A stretch of DNA of 64,000 nt from Trichosphaerium sp. ATCC 40318. Taxonomy: Eukaryota > Protista > Tubulinea. Below the pieces are notes generated by a model. It ran no database searches, was not told where the DNA came from, and was given only the letters and a program-made list of their open reading frames with translations. The stretch lies in the NCBI GenBank assembly GCA_038496445.1, contig JALMLS010000329.1, forward strand, positions 246,866 to 310,865, written 5' to 3'. Below are positions 51,952-64,000 of the stretch, piece after piece. The translations under genes were made by a program, and so were the position numbers. Position 1 is the first letter of the stretch. Each line of letters starts with the position of its first letter.

Positions 51952-54900
51952 ATGTCAAACGTAACACAGCCTTCAGTGCCCACTGAGGCTGCACCAGTGG
52001 TTCCTACAGCACCCCCTGACATTTTCCTTAATGGAGCAGGTCTTCCCCTTCAAGTTGCTGCGATTGCTATCTCGTTTTCGGCGCTCTTGTTCTTTAATCT
52101 TCTGTGCTATTTATTCATCTTGGCGAGGAGATGGTATCGGAGAAAGACTAATTACCTCCAAACTGCTGGTACACCTTCAACGCGCGCTAGAATAGCGCAA
52201 CACTTTGAACGTGAGTCCTTATGGTGGGTTTGGCTCGTACGTGTTACATACTGTCCTACATGCGCTAAATGGGCTTTTAGGAACTATTCAATGGCGCATG
52301 CAGTATGGCGTATGTTGTTATGTATTTTGTTCTATTGGGAAACGATTTTATTACACTCCGAGAATTTGGAACAGAACTTGCACTGGCTGTTGTCTTCACT
52401 ATCATATTCTTTTGGCGCCTTTATATTGCAGAATCACGGTCAGTTTTTAAATTTTGAGTTGCTCTCGCTCATATTCCCGTAGCTCGCAATACCTGCGATC
52501 TGGTACAGCAATAGTCGACGCTGCAACAGTGTTTCCTATCTATGCGTCGCTTCTTTTGGATTCTTATGCGGTACTACTATCATCTTATTACACTTATTCC
52601 CTCTTGCAACCAATCCCTTTTGGTTTGACGTTTCGAGTAGGTATTGGGATTTTTACGTATTCTTCGTTTGTTCAGATTGGCTATTCTAAGTAAAAAGTTT
52701 GGAGGTATGTGTCGTCGCGCAATAGTGCTGTAGTTTCTATATATTTTAATCTAATATCTTGCTTCTTACTTAGCCACAAAGACACGGTATGGATGATCAC
52801 TATTACTTGTTATGGGCGAGAGGATTTAAATAATCTCCCTCTGTCTCTTTTATTTACTACTTATTTATATATTTCATTTTGTTTGACATTCAACATCGAG
52901 ATATCTCTCTTTGGCTTATTCACTTACACACAATCACTAGATACCGAGCTGGATCTACAGCACGTAGGATAGCTGAAGCTTTGTCATCAGGTAAGTTGCT
53001 CTATTGCACTGGCATTTGCTAGACCGCTCTGACGCCTTTAATTTTATCAGGCATCTACACGCAGTTCGCATTGCTAGTTTATCAATTGATTGCATTGGTT
53101 GTCTTTTCAGCATCCGCTTTCCAGTGCGTTTTTCTTGTTTCTTAGCAGATAACGTTAATGTCTAACCCGGTTGTAGGTACATTGAAGAGGTGGGTGACTT
53201 TTGGGTACCAATAAACGAGCGTGAAACACAATCCATTGGCAGTTTCGAAGCAATCTACTTTGTCTTTGTTACCATGTCAACTGTCGGGTACGTGTAACCT
53301 AAAGGCAGTGCTTCGACCACTAACAACATGCGCATTTAGGTATGGTGATATATCCCCTAACACCCAAACAGGCCGTATTGTAGTCATCATCTTGATCGTG
53401 TGGTACGCTATACAAGCTGCGTGGATTGCTTTTACAGACACGCAGTTCCGTCACACTTTGAACCAGTGCTCATATTTTGCGATAGGGCCATCTTCGTACT
53501 TACATCTCGACTCTCTCGAATTGCTTCTGTTCTTGCTGCAAGACCTGGTACGATGCACAGTTGTTTCACTTTTGCGTGTGAATTGTGCTAATATATCCAA
53601 ATTAAAGTGGAGTTGGGTGATCTAGGAGATGCTCGGTAAGGCTTAGTGTGAATTCTAGTCTTCTTCTAAATTTCTACCTGTTAGATCATCAAATTACGTA
53701 ATCATTACAGGATCAATAACAGAACAAGCACTACAAACCATTCTTCGTGGTTTATTTGCAACAGAAAAATATTATGTTCGTCAACCACATGTTGGTATGG
53801 CTTAATTCAACTTGGTAAATATGCGTAGCTGACTTGGGTTGTAGGTATACTGGATAGTGGAGATGGTCAAAAGGGCATTAAACAAATTCTCCACAACCCA
53901 ACGTATGCTGGGCACATTTACTATAGACAAGGTTCTGCAATGAGACCTGCCGATCTCCGCCACATGGACTTGGGTATGTGTACTTTCTATTATCTAAGCA
54001 CACACGTGTTGTGCAACATCACTTGGTCTCCCTCATTCAATATTTGCAGGCAAAGCCAGAAAGGTCTTTATATTGGCTAATCCACTATCCAAAACGCCAC
54101 AGCAGGAGGATGAAAGTACGAATGACAATTAAGATTACAGGTCGATTAATGCGTTTTTACTACAGCAAATATACTACGTCTTTGGTCTATTAAAAATTAC
54201 AAGACGTATGGCGTGGATGTTTTCATACAATTGATTCTTGCAAAGAGCAAGAAGCGTCTCTTGTCTCTACCAGCGGACTTTGTTCGTGCTGAGCACGTGT
54301 TGTGCATTGAAGAACTTAAATACGTGCGCACACATACCTACATTGCAAACCAGGGTATTTTATTGTGCTCGTTTAACCTAAACAACTAGGCAATGTTGGG
54401 ATCTTCCTGCCTGTACCCTGGTATTATAAGTCTTCTCACGAACATGGTCAGAAAGACAGCATACTTGGTGGACAGATCAGTTGTATGGAAGGAGGCCTAT
54501 GGTACGACATGAACACCATATAGAAAACAAACACAATAAGCCTTTACCAGTGTTATATTAACAAAGAGTGTTAGAACACGGTGCCAACTTCTTGCTGTAT
54601 GCCAAGACATTATCTAAAGTATTTAACAACATCACATTCATGGCCGCTGTCAACGTACGGACGTCACTCTATTTTTTTTTGTATTTTTCCGTGCCATCTC
54701 AGGTTAATATGAAATTCAGCTCATGTACACATATACACACGGTGAATTGCTTATCATTGGGGTCATTGATCGTGCGGATGGAAGACGAGTACTTCTCAAT
54801 CCGGGCAAGGTGCGACACGACTACTTGCACACCAGTACGTTTACTGACAGACAAGCTTAGAAATACGTGCTCCTAGAAGGAGACACTGTATTGGCGTTGG

Positions 54901-57497
54901 CTTACAAGGAAGAAATGGCTGACAAGCTGGAACTTGAACCTACCAAGTTGCACCAGGAGAGAAACAAGCCGGTGAGTGTGCTTATATGTCCTGACTATTG
55001 TACCAACGCTATTTTAGCTCGAACAGGAGTTGCGTGCACTGGGCGTACAATTGCCAAACTCGAACAAGCTCAGCAAGGCAGAGAAAGAGTGCAGGTCGTT
55101 GGAAAAACAAAACTACAGGATGGCCAAGAAATTAGATCAAAATGCTCAGAGAATGGTTAGACTACAATCAGGTCTAGATAAAAAAATAGGCAAAAGAGCA
55201 AAGGTATTATTAACTCAAACACTTTTTGCTAATTTCTCGAAAAAGCGTCGAGCCAATCTTCGAGACTCAGAAAAAGATGAGGATGATGATCGCATTACAA
55301 CAAGACGCAAGGTTGCACATTCAGTACAAAAAATTGTGCACGCTTTACCTCATCATCGCATGCCACGACATGATGCACCTTCAGAGTTGAACGTGGTGCA
55401 CCCAATCTCACGTGGTACGACTCGCGTTTTATTACAATGAATGTTTTGTATTTTCTTCTAACTGCTACGCAAAGAGCACTACGCCTTGCTGCGTGCCAGC
55501 GCACAGAATACATTGGCCAATGCTTTGGTTAGTGGAAGGCAATTGGCAAAGTTTAAAGGTACCACATTGTATTGAAGTAGGTTGCATTATTGACTAAATC
55601 CAAAGGGCATATCATTTGCATAGGTGATGTTTCCAACATATTTTATTTCATTGCTCGTCTGCGTGATAAGAATTTGGAGCAATTCGGTTACGTTCCAATA
55701 GTAATCATGGTATGCTGGTCTCTCAATGATGTAGTTGTGTGTCCCCTAACCTTTTTCTGAAAAATAGAACGAAACATTTGGAGATGATGAATGGAAACGG
55801 ATTCAAGCCTTTCCGGAAGTTTACGTCCTTAAAAAATCGCCACTATCAAACAAGGTTAGCTGTCTAATAGCAAATGACCTAAGCATCTGAGTACTTACAT
55901 GTACTATCTAGAACCTGAGAAAGGCGAACGTAGCAAAGGCCATGAGAATTGTGATATTCTCTAAACCATCGCCTCTAGCGGAACAAAGTGGAGATGCCAA
56001 TCTTATCGACTCTGAGCAAATGTTACTTGCACTTAAGATTGTACGTCATAGTACTATTGTCGCTTTGGTTAACGCTATTCATTTAGATGAACCATTTTAA
56101 GTTCCTGGGTGATAATATCTTGATAGAATTGAGTACGTTGTTAGACCCGTTTTAATTATTTGCTCATTCCAAAAACAGTCAACTCTGAGAACATGGAATT
56201 CATCGATTTGGCCTCCAAGCTGAATACGTCCAACGAAATACAAAAGGCACTAGAGGCCAGCAGAGCAGCTACTGACTACGAGTACGAGACAGCGTACTTT
56301 GCTTCAGGTACACTTTAAACGTCCATGGTAACAACCCAAACACGCTTAACCCGATTGTAGGCAAGGTCTTCAGTTCCGCATTTTTTCACATCTTAATGGC
56401 TCAGGTATGTTGTACCTCCCTATTTTACACGCCTGCTGCGCAAAGGTTCTACTGTTATTCGACTGACACTCTCTCAACAGGCGTTCAACACACCAGCTAT
56501 ATTCCGCACTATGAACATCCTGGTTGGCACATCTTCATTGTATGAACCGGCAGAAACGTTAAACAAAGGCGCTAAGATATGGCCGCAAAGCCATCTCGTC
56601 CTCATCAGACCTCCAGAAAAAATAACGGCGAGTGGCGAATGGCAATTCCAGGATTTATTCAAGGAATGTTCAAACACACTAGAAGCAATTGCAATCGGTT
56701 TATATAGGGCGGTGGAACCAAGTGCGTCACGTCATATTTTAGTTTGATGATTCTGTGTTGTTGAAACCTAAGCGAGCCCCCAACTAACAAAAAAACCCAG
56801 GTAAGGTGGCATCAGAGGAAACGATACATCCATACGTCATTACTTGCCCAGAACCTGAACTCCTTATCGAGCCAACAGATTTCGTGTTTGTGCTGGGAAG
56901 ACGACATTTGTTATCGCATGAACTGGTCGCATTTGGAGGCATGTACAATCCAAAGGTGCAGAAGATCATCAAAAAACTGAAAAAGAAACTCGCCAAAGAT
57001 GCTGAAGAGCAAAACCGACGAGAGAACGTACGGTACCTTTCCACTTTTAACATTGGCTGACATGAAGACACTTGTAGTTTGCAAAACGTGCTGCAATGGC
57101 GAGCCCACTCGATCTTGTCGAGCCTAACGAGTCAGAAGGGCTCCTGATACCTGATGATACTGATGAACAACCGAAAAAGAGTGTACCACGCAAGAAGGCT
57201 TCGAAAAAGAGGGAGTCTGTCAGCGGTGGTTTGGTTTCTGTGACAGTTGAAGACAAAGCGTCTGTGTTGGAGGAACAAGACTCAGAGCAAGATGACCTCG
57301 ACGAAAGCAGTGACGATGACGGCGAGGATAATGATGACACTGATAACGATTCTGACGAAGGGTCCATGAGCGGGTCTCCGTCCAACGTTAGCCTGAGCAA
57401 GAACGAAGATGTTTCTTCCAACAAGTTTGTAAATGTATCTCTGGAAGACACAGAACAAACAGTGGAGCGGCTCGAAAGCCCTGAGGATTCTATGTAA
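51952..57497 (+). CDS. BK/Slo-family potassium channel with two RCK domains
   Basis: Spliced filter FVTMSTVG|YGDISP, RCK motifs VIITG, RQGSAM, VLCIEELK, SCLYPGIISLLTN, YFASGKVF, IAIGLYR, YVITCP; acidic tail. Confidence 0.9.
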
Positions 57498-58050
57498 GCG
57501 AGGCAAAACGGAAATAATAAGTTATTATATGAGGATTCGACGACACACGTTTTTTACTGTACACACCCAAACTAGAAAAAAACTTTTTTTTTGCGCGTGT
57601 TCACACAATAGGCACTGTTTTCTCTTGCGTTTTCTTCAGTGTTTTTGGTACCGCCAAAAGAAGCTGTCGTTTGGATAATGTTACCAGTTCATTCGTCACT
57701 TGTTAAGAAGGCCCAAAGTACCAGTTTATGGCGTGCACATGCGAAAATACTGCGGTGGGTGTGTTTTTACCAGCGATTGGTGAGGGAAATGGGTGATTAA
57801 CCGCGATTTTAGTTGGTTAAACATGAGAAAGGCGGTGAAATATGTTTTTTACGGCGCTGTGGCGATTAAATTATAATGTGTAAAATTGTTGCGCGTTGGA
57901 AAATTATAACAAAAACGTTGTACCAAAACTTACAAAACTAATCAACAACGCCTGTTTACACTTTACCTACCAACCGCTAGCGATTTAGCGTGGGAGAAGA
58001 GTAGCGTTTACATGGCTGGGCGCAACTGAAAGTTTAAAACGCGCAAGAGG

Positions 58051-61000
58051 ATGTATGTTTACGAAGAGAAGACACCAGTGCTGCCTGTAGAGCCAAAAGT
58101 TCTTTCTGGCTCACAGTTGGCTTCAAACTATTCGCAACACACGCCACAGCGCTTTATTCCAACGTCACCCCCGCCTCACGCGCTTACAGTACAAAACGAT
58201 AAGATAAACGAAAGTGGCGACCAACAAGTCTACACACCACACCCAACAGACTACATCGAAAGCCCACCTGATAAACGACGCGGGCGAAGGAAGAAACTTG
58301 GGAACACAGAAGGGTTGAAAGATTGTTTCTTCACTTCCGAGCATGAGCGTCTTCTGAGTCTGGGTTGTAATGGTAGGCGAACAACTAGAGCGCTCGCTGC
58401 GCTATTGAATCACGGAAAAAGAGAAGTTGGTGTAATGGTTTCTACAGGTTGTATACCACCAATCGCAACGCAGACGAGCTTCGAAACCATTATAACGGAG
58501 AAAGAACCTGACATTGTAACGCCAACTGCAAGGCCGTTCCATGCCAGCAAATACACCGAAATGGCCCGTACGCAAATGCTTACCGCCCTACTTGAACAGG
58601 ACGAAGGTACAAGTGCAGATTCTGATACAGACGATTCGCTTGAAGAACTACGCGCCAAACACAACGGTGGAAAGCGTTCAGCATTGTACCAAGACGTTGC
58701 GATAGATGTCAACAGCATGAAGCAAAATGTAAAAGACTTACCGTACGCAAACCCAAATCCACCCAAACAACCCAAACGCAGACGACGAAGGAGGGGCACA
58801 GCCGAAGAGAAAGGTAACAACGCCCAAAAAATAGTTTGATGTTTGGTTTTTCTCTTTTTTTTTTGAACGGCTGCCGTTATCAATTCAAGAAACCTACAGG
58901 CATTTACCAACCGATTTTTTTGGTTTTTTTTTTTTTGGGTTTTTTTCGTTTTCGTGCCACGTGCTAATAAACGATATAGAGAAAGGTGTCGACCTCAATT
59001 TGATTCGATTCGTGCGACTGCCTGTAACAAAACAGAATCGAATGAAGCGATTGGCGCAATTTGCGAAACACGTCATGTCACTAGGTTGGGCCAAGTCTAG
59101 CGTGCGTAATTTTGAATCTCCTATTAAAAAAAAAAAGTGCGCTCTAATTGACGAGGGTTCTAGAACCACTTGGAGTGGCCTTGCGCCGTCATCGAGCAAT
59201 CTGGCTCTCTTGTACACATAATGTTTTTAAATGATGTCGTTGCACCCTTGTACGCTCCTGCGGTTGATTAGAGCTGGTTTTCTTATATTCTTCCCGTTTT
59301 AGAGAGTGGCGGCGAATCAACGAAGTTACGCCATTTTCTATGAACTTTGAACGCTTTCTTAAGCGAGGCGAGAAGGAGTCCAACTTTCTGCAGGCGGTAC
59401 GTGTAGTAATACAGCTGTGTGAATAAATGTTGGAGTAATAATGTTGTATCGATAGGTGGCTGACGCATACACTGTAATGCGGATATGGAGCACTGAGGGC
59501 TATCCAGCACCTACACATCAGCCCATCGTCATGGGGACACGGGTTCATCTAGAGGTACTAGAAGAGGGCTCTGACCTAGGACCACCCGATGTTCATGTGA
59601 AGCACGCTGTCTCTGTTACAAAGAAAAAGCCGGAACAGTCTTCATCCATACTCAACGGAAAGGTCAAGACGAACAAAATTGAAACACATCTGGTCAAAGT
59701 GTCGAATGACATATACCCGTACACAGTACGTACAAAAACGCAACTCTAAGGAAATTGTTTTTGATTCCCGCCCAAAACTATTTGTGGGTCGTGTGGTGGC
59801 ACACTCACTAATTCAAATGTTAGCTTTACGTATACGACCGGGACAGAGGTAGATTTTACACAGATCCACACCCGAAACTACCTTATCGATGTACGTCCTA
59901 TTTGTTGTTGTGAAACGCGTGTATTAATGCTCGTAATAGGCGTTTGTGGATATTTGAGTGTGCAGAGCACGTTGGCACATAGAAAATCGTGCACGGGATT
60001 CCGGCAGTGGGTTAGAGACATTGGTGGTGACCCAGACATGGATAACCCTTGCCGATGTGGCGTACTTTTTGGCAACAAGGGCTCAAACAGACCGCTCAAG
60101 GCGTCTGCACATAAAGGAGCGCATTGTTTGAACTGCGTCATCCACAAATCATGGTGCCTCGGTACTACACCCCTCCCTCAACCCTTTGGCTCTCAATACT
60201 CATGCAACAATTATGTAGGCACTAACAGATGGAGTAAGCAAGAGCACAAGTGTTGGGCATGCAAAGAGAAGCTTGAGTCAGCGTGGATCGAGAACAACAA
60301 GAAATACAACCAAAATTTTAAGCCTCACCTTTTTTGCCATGATTGTGAGAAGGGTAAGGCGCCAATAGCCATATTGATAGCCAGGCTTTCTTTAACGCGT
60401 TTGTTATTGTAGGATACCACATAGATTGCCTGGACCTAGCACGTGACAAAGGTAGAACAGAAACCCAAGAAGGCCTCTTATGTACGTTAAACCACTGCAC
60501 CTACCCCCCGCCTTGCCTCTCTCAGCAAATATACTCATGTCTGTTTAGGGCCAGCATGGTATTGTCCTACCTGCGCTCAAAAGCCAGAAATTCAAACGTC
60601 TGAGCACATAAAGCTTCCAGAGGGCATGCACTTTGACAGCTCAACAAAAATCCAAGTGGAGTCGTTTGCACCAAGTGAGCTTGACGAGGCATTACTAGAA
60701 GACATCCAAACAGCAACGCCTGCTCCTTTCGTGAATGTGACAAAGTACAGGGGAGTCGTTATACCCAAACCAACGCGACCTGCCAAGAACACCGCTTTTG
60801 GATTTGCAAATGGATTCAATGCGAAAACTACCAAGATGCTACCAGGTAGTACTGCCTCCCTCATTGCTGGGCCGCATAAACGCAAGTCTGTCTTCACGGC
60901 CCAACCGCCAGCAAAGCGGGTAGCACTACCGACACCGACAAGCAAGCGATTAGACTGCAACTTGGACGATATAACACTTGCTATTGCCATGTCAAACGGC

Positions 61001-61606
61001 GGAAAAGATGTCTCCAAACTAACAAAAGAAGTGCTCCTCGGCGAACGTGCTGAATCAGCTTTAGAGCTTCACCTTACGAAAGAAGCGCCGGTTGGATCTG
61101 CACCGTCATCAAGAGACGCCTCTGCGTCCATGGCACTAGTAGAAGAAGTGAATCGTCTCAAGCTGGCTCTGCAAAAGGAGCGGGATCGCACAGCCCGACT
61201 CACAGAGCAAGTCAAGACGCTACAATCCAAGTCTTCTGTGGACTACACGGTCGCTGCGGCACCAAGTGTTCAATTAAAAAAGCCTAATCCCAAGACGTGC
61301 CAAAACAAGTTTGGGGATCTCAAGGCATACTTAAATGTGCGGCTCGGGTTGTCCCTGAGCGCAGCCGATGTACAAAACGATATGGTACGGTATTACGTAA
61401 TCCTACAGCTTTCTCGTTTTTTTGTGTTTCTAAAAGCAGTAACTTCACTTCACTTCTATTGCTTTTTTAACTTTTTTGGAAAAAGATCCTAGTTAGGCAC
61501 AATTTGTACTAATCGTTCGCTGTAGACCTTCCAAGCGGCTCTCAACGAAAAGCTTACATCCAACTCGGCGCCGGATGCACCTGAAGGTGATTTTAAAAAG
61601 GTTTAA
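58051..61606 (+). CDS. Nuclear PHD-finger protein with low-complexity and coiled-coil regions
   Basis: Spliced PHD CWAC..FCHDCEK|GYHIDCL..WYCPTC, preceded by a second Cys/His cluster; NLS-like KRRRRRR. Confidence 0.75.
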
Positions 61607-61835
61607 ATTATTCTCTGTTTCAATAAAAAAAAACCAACTGTGAGATTATTATGTACTTAGCCTTCCTTTTCTCGCTTTATACCTACACCTACACTTAACT
61701 TAATTATGTGGTTGTGCCGCACAGTTCAAAAGTATTTTTTGTTGGCGTTCAAGAAAATTTGGGAATGGAACTTACAATAGATTTTTCTGCTCGATACACT
61801 AAGCGTATAAACTGCGTACTGTTTTTGCGTTCAAT

Positions 61836-63231
61836 ATGCCATCTGTTTCTGCGTACACTTTACTCGTATTGGCCATAATTGCTAGTGGTTCGTTACAACA
61901 TTATTTCGTATCGGTGTTGTACCTAACGTCCAAAAAGCCGTTTGTCAAACCGAAGACAATGGATTGTATAATTTCAGGCAAGCAGCGCCACCAACCGTCG
62001 GTATGCTCCTTATGATCGCATTTCTGGCCATTGCCGTATTTTTTGGCATACATGAGCGTGGCAAGCCATGGGAAGGTGCGAACCAAGGCTCTACATTAAA
62101 ATTAAGACGAACCTAGGAAGTTTCATGTCGTTAGACACAGTAAAACGTCTCGGTGTTTTGATCCTCATCTTTTTTAACATTGTACGTTGTTCACGTTGTT
62201 CTACACATCGTCATGCAAAGCAGAGCCAACATCTACCTTATTTCTCATGGGTGTTGTAGATTTGTGGATTGTTTTTGATGTTTACTACACAATGGGTGGT
62301 GGCATTCCAAGTCATGTTGTACGCACGCGTCACGTGTCACGTGTGGTGGCCAATTATGCTAATCCATTTGTTTGCAGCATCAACATCATTGGATTGTACT
62401 CCTTTTGGGTAGAAGAGAAGGCACACATTTACATGGTACAAATTCTAGTAGCTAGTACAATGTTTTCTTCTAATACGTGTGATGGTAGTACATGGCCTTT
62501 ACACTCTTCAACATTTTCTGTCTGGTCGGTAAAGTCGAGTTAATGGGCTATGATACCAACTTGGCTGATCTCACACGTGAAAAGTACTAAGTCACATTTT
62601 GTCTTTTTTGGCGTGCTAGAGTTTGTTTTTAACCACCACATTTTAGATGTCTGGCTCACTTTGATTCAAACTCTGCAAAACCGTCAAGCATCAACAACCA
62701 TCGTTGTTCATCGAAGGGTACGTGCCCTGTCTTTTTGTGGGAGTCAGTTTGTTTTCTTCTAACTTATTTACTTGACGGATAGGATTCCTTAATTTCGCCA
62801 GGCTTGTTGCTCTTGTTGCCATTCTCACTCACTCTGTTGTTCTCTACATTGGATTCAGGACGTATTTAACTTCCCTCGGCAGTAGTACGTGAAAATGAAT
62901 CTTATTTTTATGACATTTTCAGGAGGAATGTCAATTACTAAGTTTTTTTGTACTAGACGGCACCAAGTCCCTTCGCACCACGCATCAACCAATCCCAACA
63001 GAAGACACAGACATCTACCATGCTCCTCCTAGTTATTGTACGCATATACATAGAGGTCGATGAAGCACACATGATTTTTTGTATTTTGTGACGTCCTCCT
63101 CGCCTCCTCCCTCCTCCTTGTATTACAACTATTGACACGCTTATGTAGCTGCTGAAGACAAACCGATCATACAACCAACTTATGATGCTACTGACAGCTA
63201 CCAAAACCCTTCAAACCAAGAATTCGAATAG
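61836..63231 (+). CDS. Multi-pass membrane protein with signal peptide and cytoplasmic PPSY motif
   Basis: Spliced MPSVSAYTLLVLAIIASA..; several TM segments; C-terminus ..HAPPSY..NQEFE*. Confidence 0.6.
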
Positions 63232-63389
63232 ACATTGTAAGGCTATAACAGTAAATATTATTACATTGGGAGCCAACCACAGCTCCACTTTTTACACACA
63301 AATTCTTTTTGTAATGTTACATACAGACGCCCCCATAACCAAACACAGACAGAACCACAAATAACAAAAAAAAAAAGGAGCACGACGGC

Positions 63390-64000
63390 CTACTCTTTAG
63401 GTTCTAGCACACGTTTGGGTTCAGGGACATCTCCAGTTGATGCTTTTCTTTTAATGCCAGTGCGTGTGCCCATGTCATTTACTGGACCTGCTGGTAGCCT
63501 GTATTATAAATGTGAGAAATTAGAAAAAGACACTTATTTATGCATGTACGTTTGTTTGGCAAACCCGCTTGCAGTCCCAAATGTCGTCGGCATAGCGAAC
63601 GATGCCGTGGCGTCTTCAGGCGCTACTGAAACCTCCATAATCTACGATTTACCATCAGTTTTAACTTGCACAGTTCAAAAAACATAGGATAAGATTTTGA
63701 GATAAGGCAACAAGGACAAAGCCCACGTGACTTTTGATCTTAAAGATACAAAACGTTGAATTCAGTGAAGGGTTTTTGCGTACCCTGAGTTCGAGGTCAG
63801 CAATGACACCGGCTAGTGCTTTTGCGTCCTCAGGTGTAACCTTTGCATGTTGTTCGAGTAGGCCCTTGGCCTTTTCGTAGTTTTCTTTAACAGTGGTGTA
63901 AGCACAACTATAGAACTACAGCAGCGCTCTGACTGGCATACCTTTAGCGACCTGTGCCGATTTTGGTGCAAAGCTGTATAGTAGACCAATTGAAAGTATC
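63390..64000 (-). CDS. 3' end of a TPR protein, possibly a NASP/Sim3-type histone chaperone
   Basis: TPR-like helix IGLLYSF..ENYEKAKGLL, then VIADLELR and basic tail VNDMGTRTGIKRK..PKR. Confidence 0.45.

Overview
Gene-dense, AT-rich eukaryotic genomic DNA with many short spliceosomal introns (mostly ~40-60 nt, donors GTACGT/GTATGT/GTAAGT, branch site CTAAC-like), so the ORF track shows exon fragments. Gene content (7TM-TKL kinase, granulin, Cys-rich secreted hydrolases) suggests a bacterivorous protist, possibly an amoebozoan; this is inference. About 25 protein genes were reconstructed by hand. Conserved genes include Brr2/SNRNP200, Sec1/Munc18, eS1/RPS3A, PSMB5, NCBP1, PCBD, a DUSP, a ClC and a BK-type channel. 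Most notable: (1) three dispersed, nearly intronless F-box-like + MORN-variant genes resembling giant-virus proteins, one with an in-frame stop; (2) a secreted M15 peptidase + PG-binding + Cys-repeat + GH24 lysozyme fusion; (3) an apparently non-coding multi-intron snoRNA host gene, plus a snoRNA in a Brr2 intron; (4) a bacterial-type iota carbonic anhydrase with an exon-encoded mitochondrial presequence; (5) an EROS/CYBC1-like gene; (6) a ~300-nt fold-back resembling a pre-miRNA; (7) recurrent GC-AG introns. All family calls come from motif recognition, not database searches, and exon boundaries are manual.
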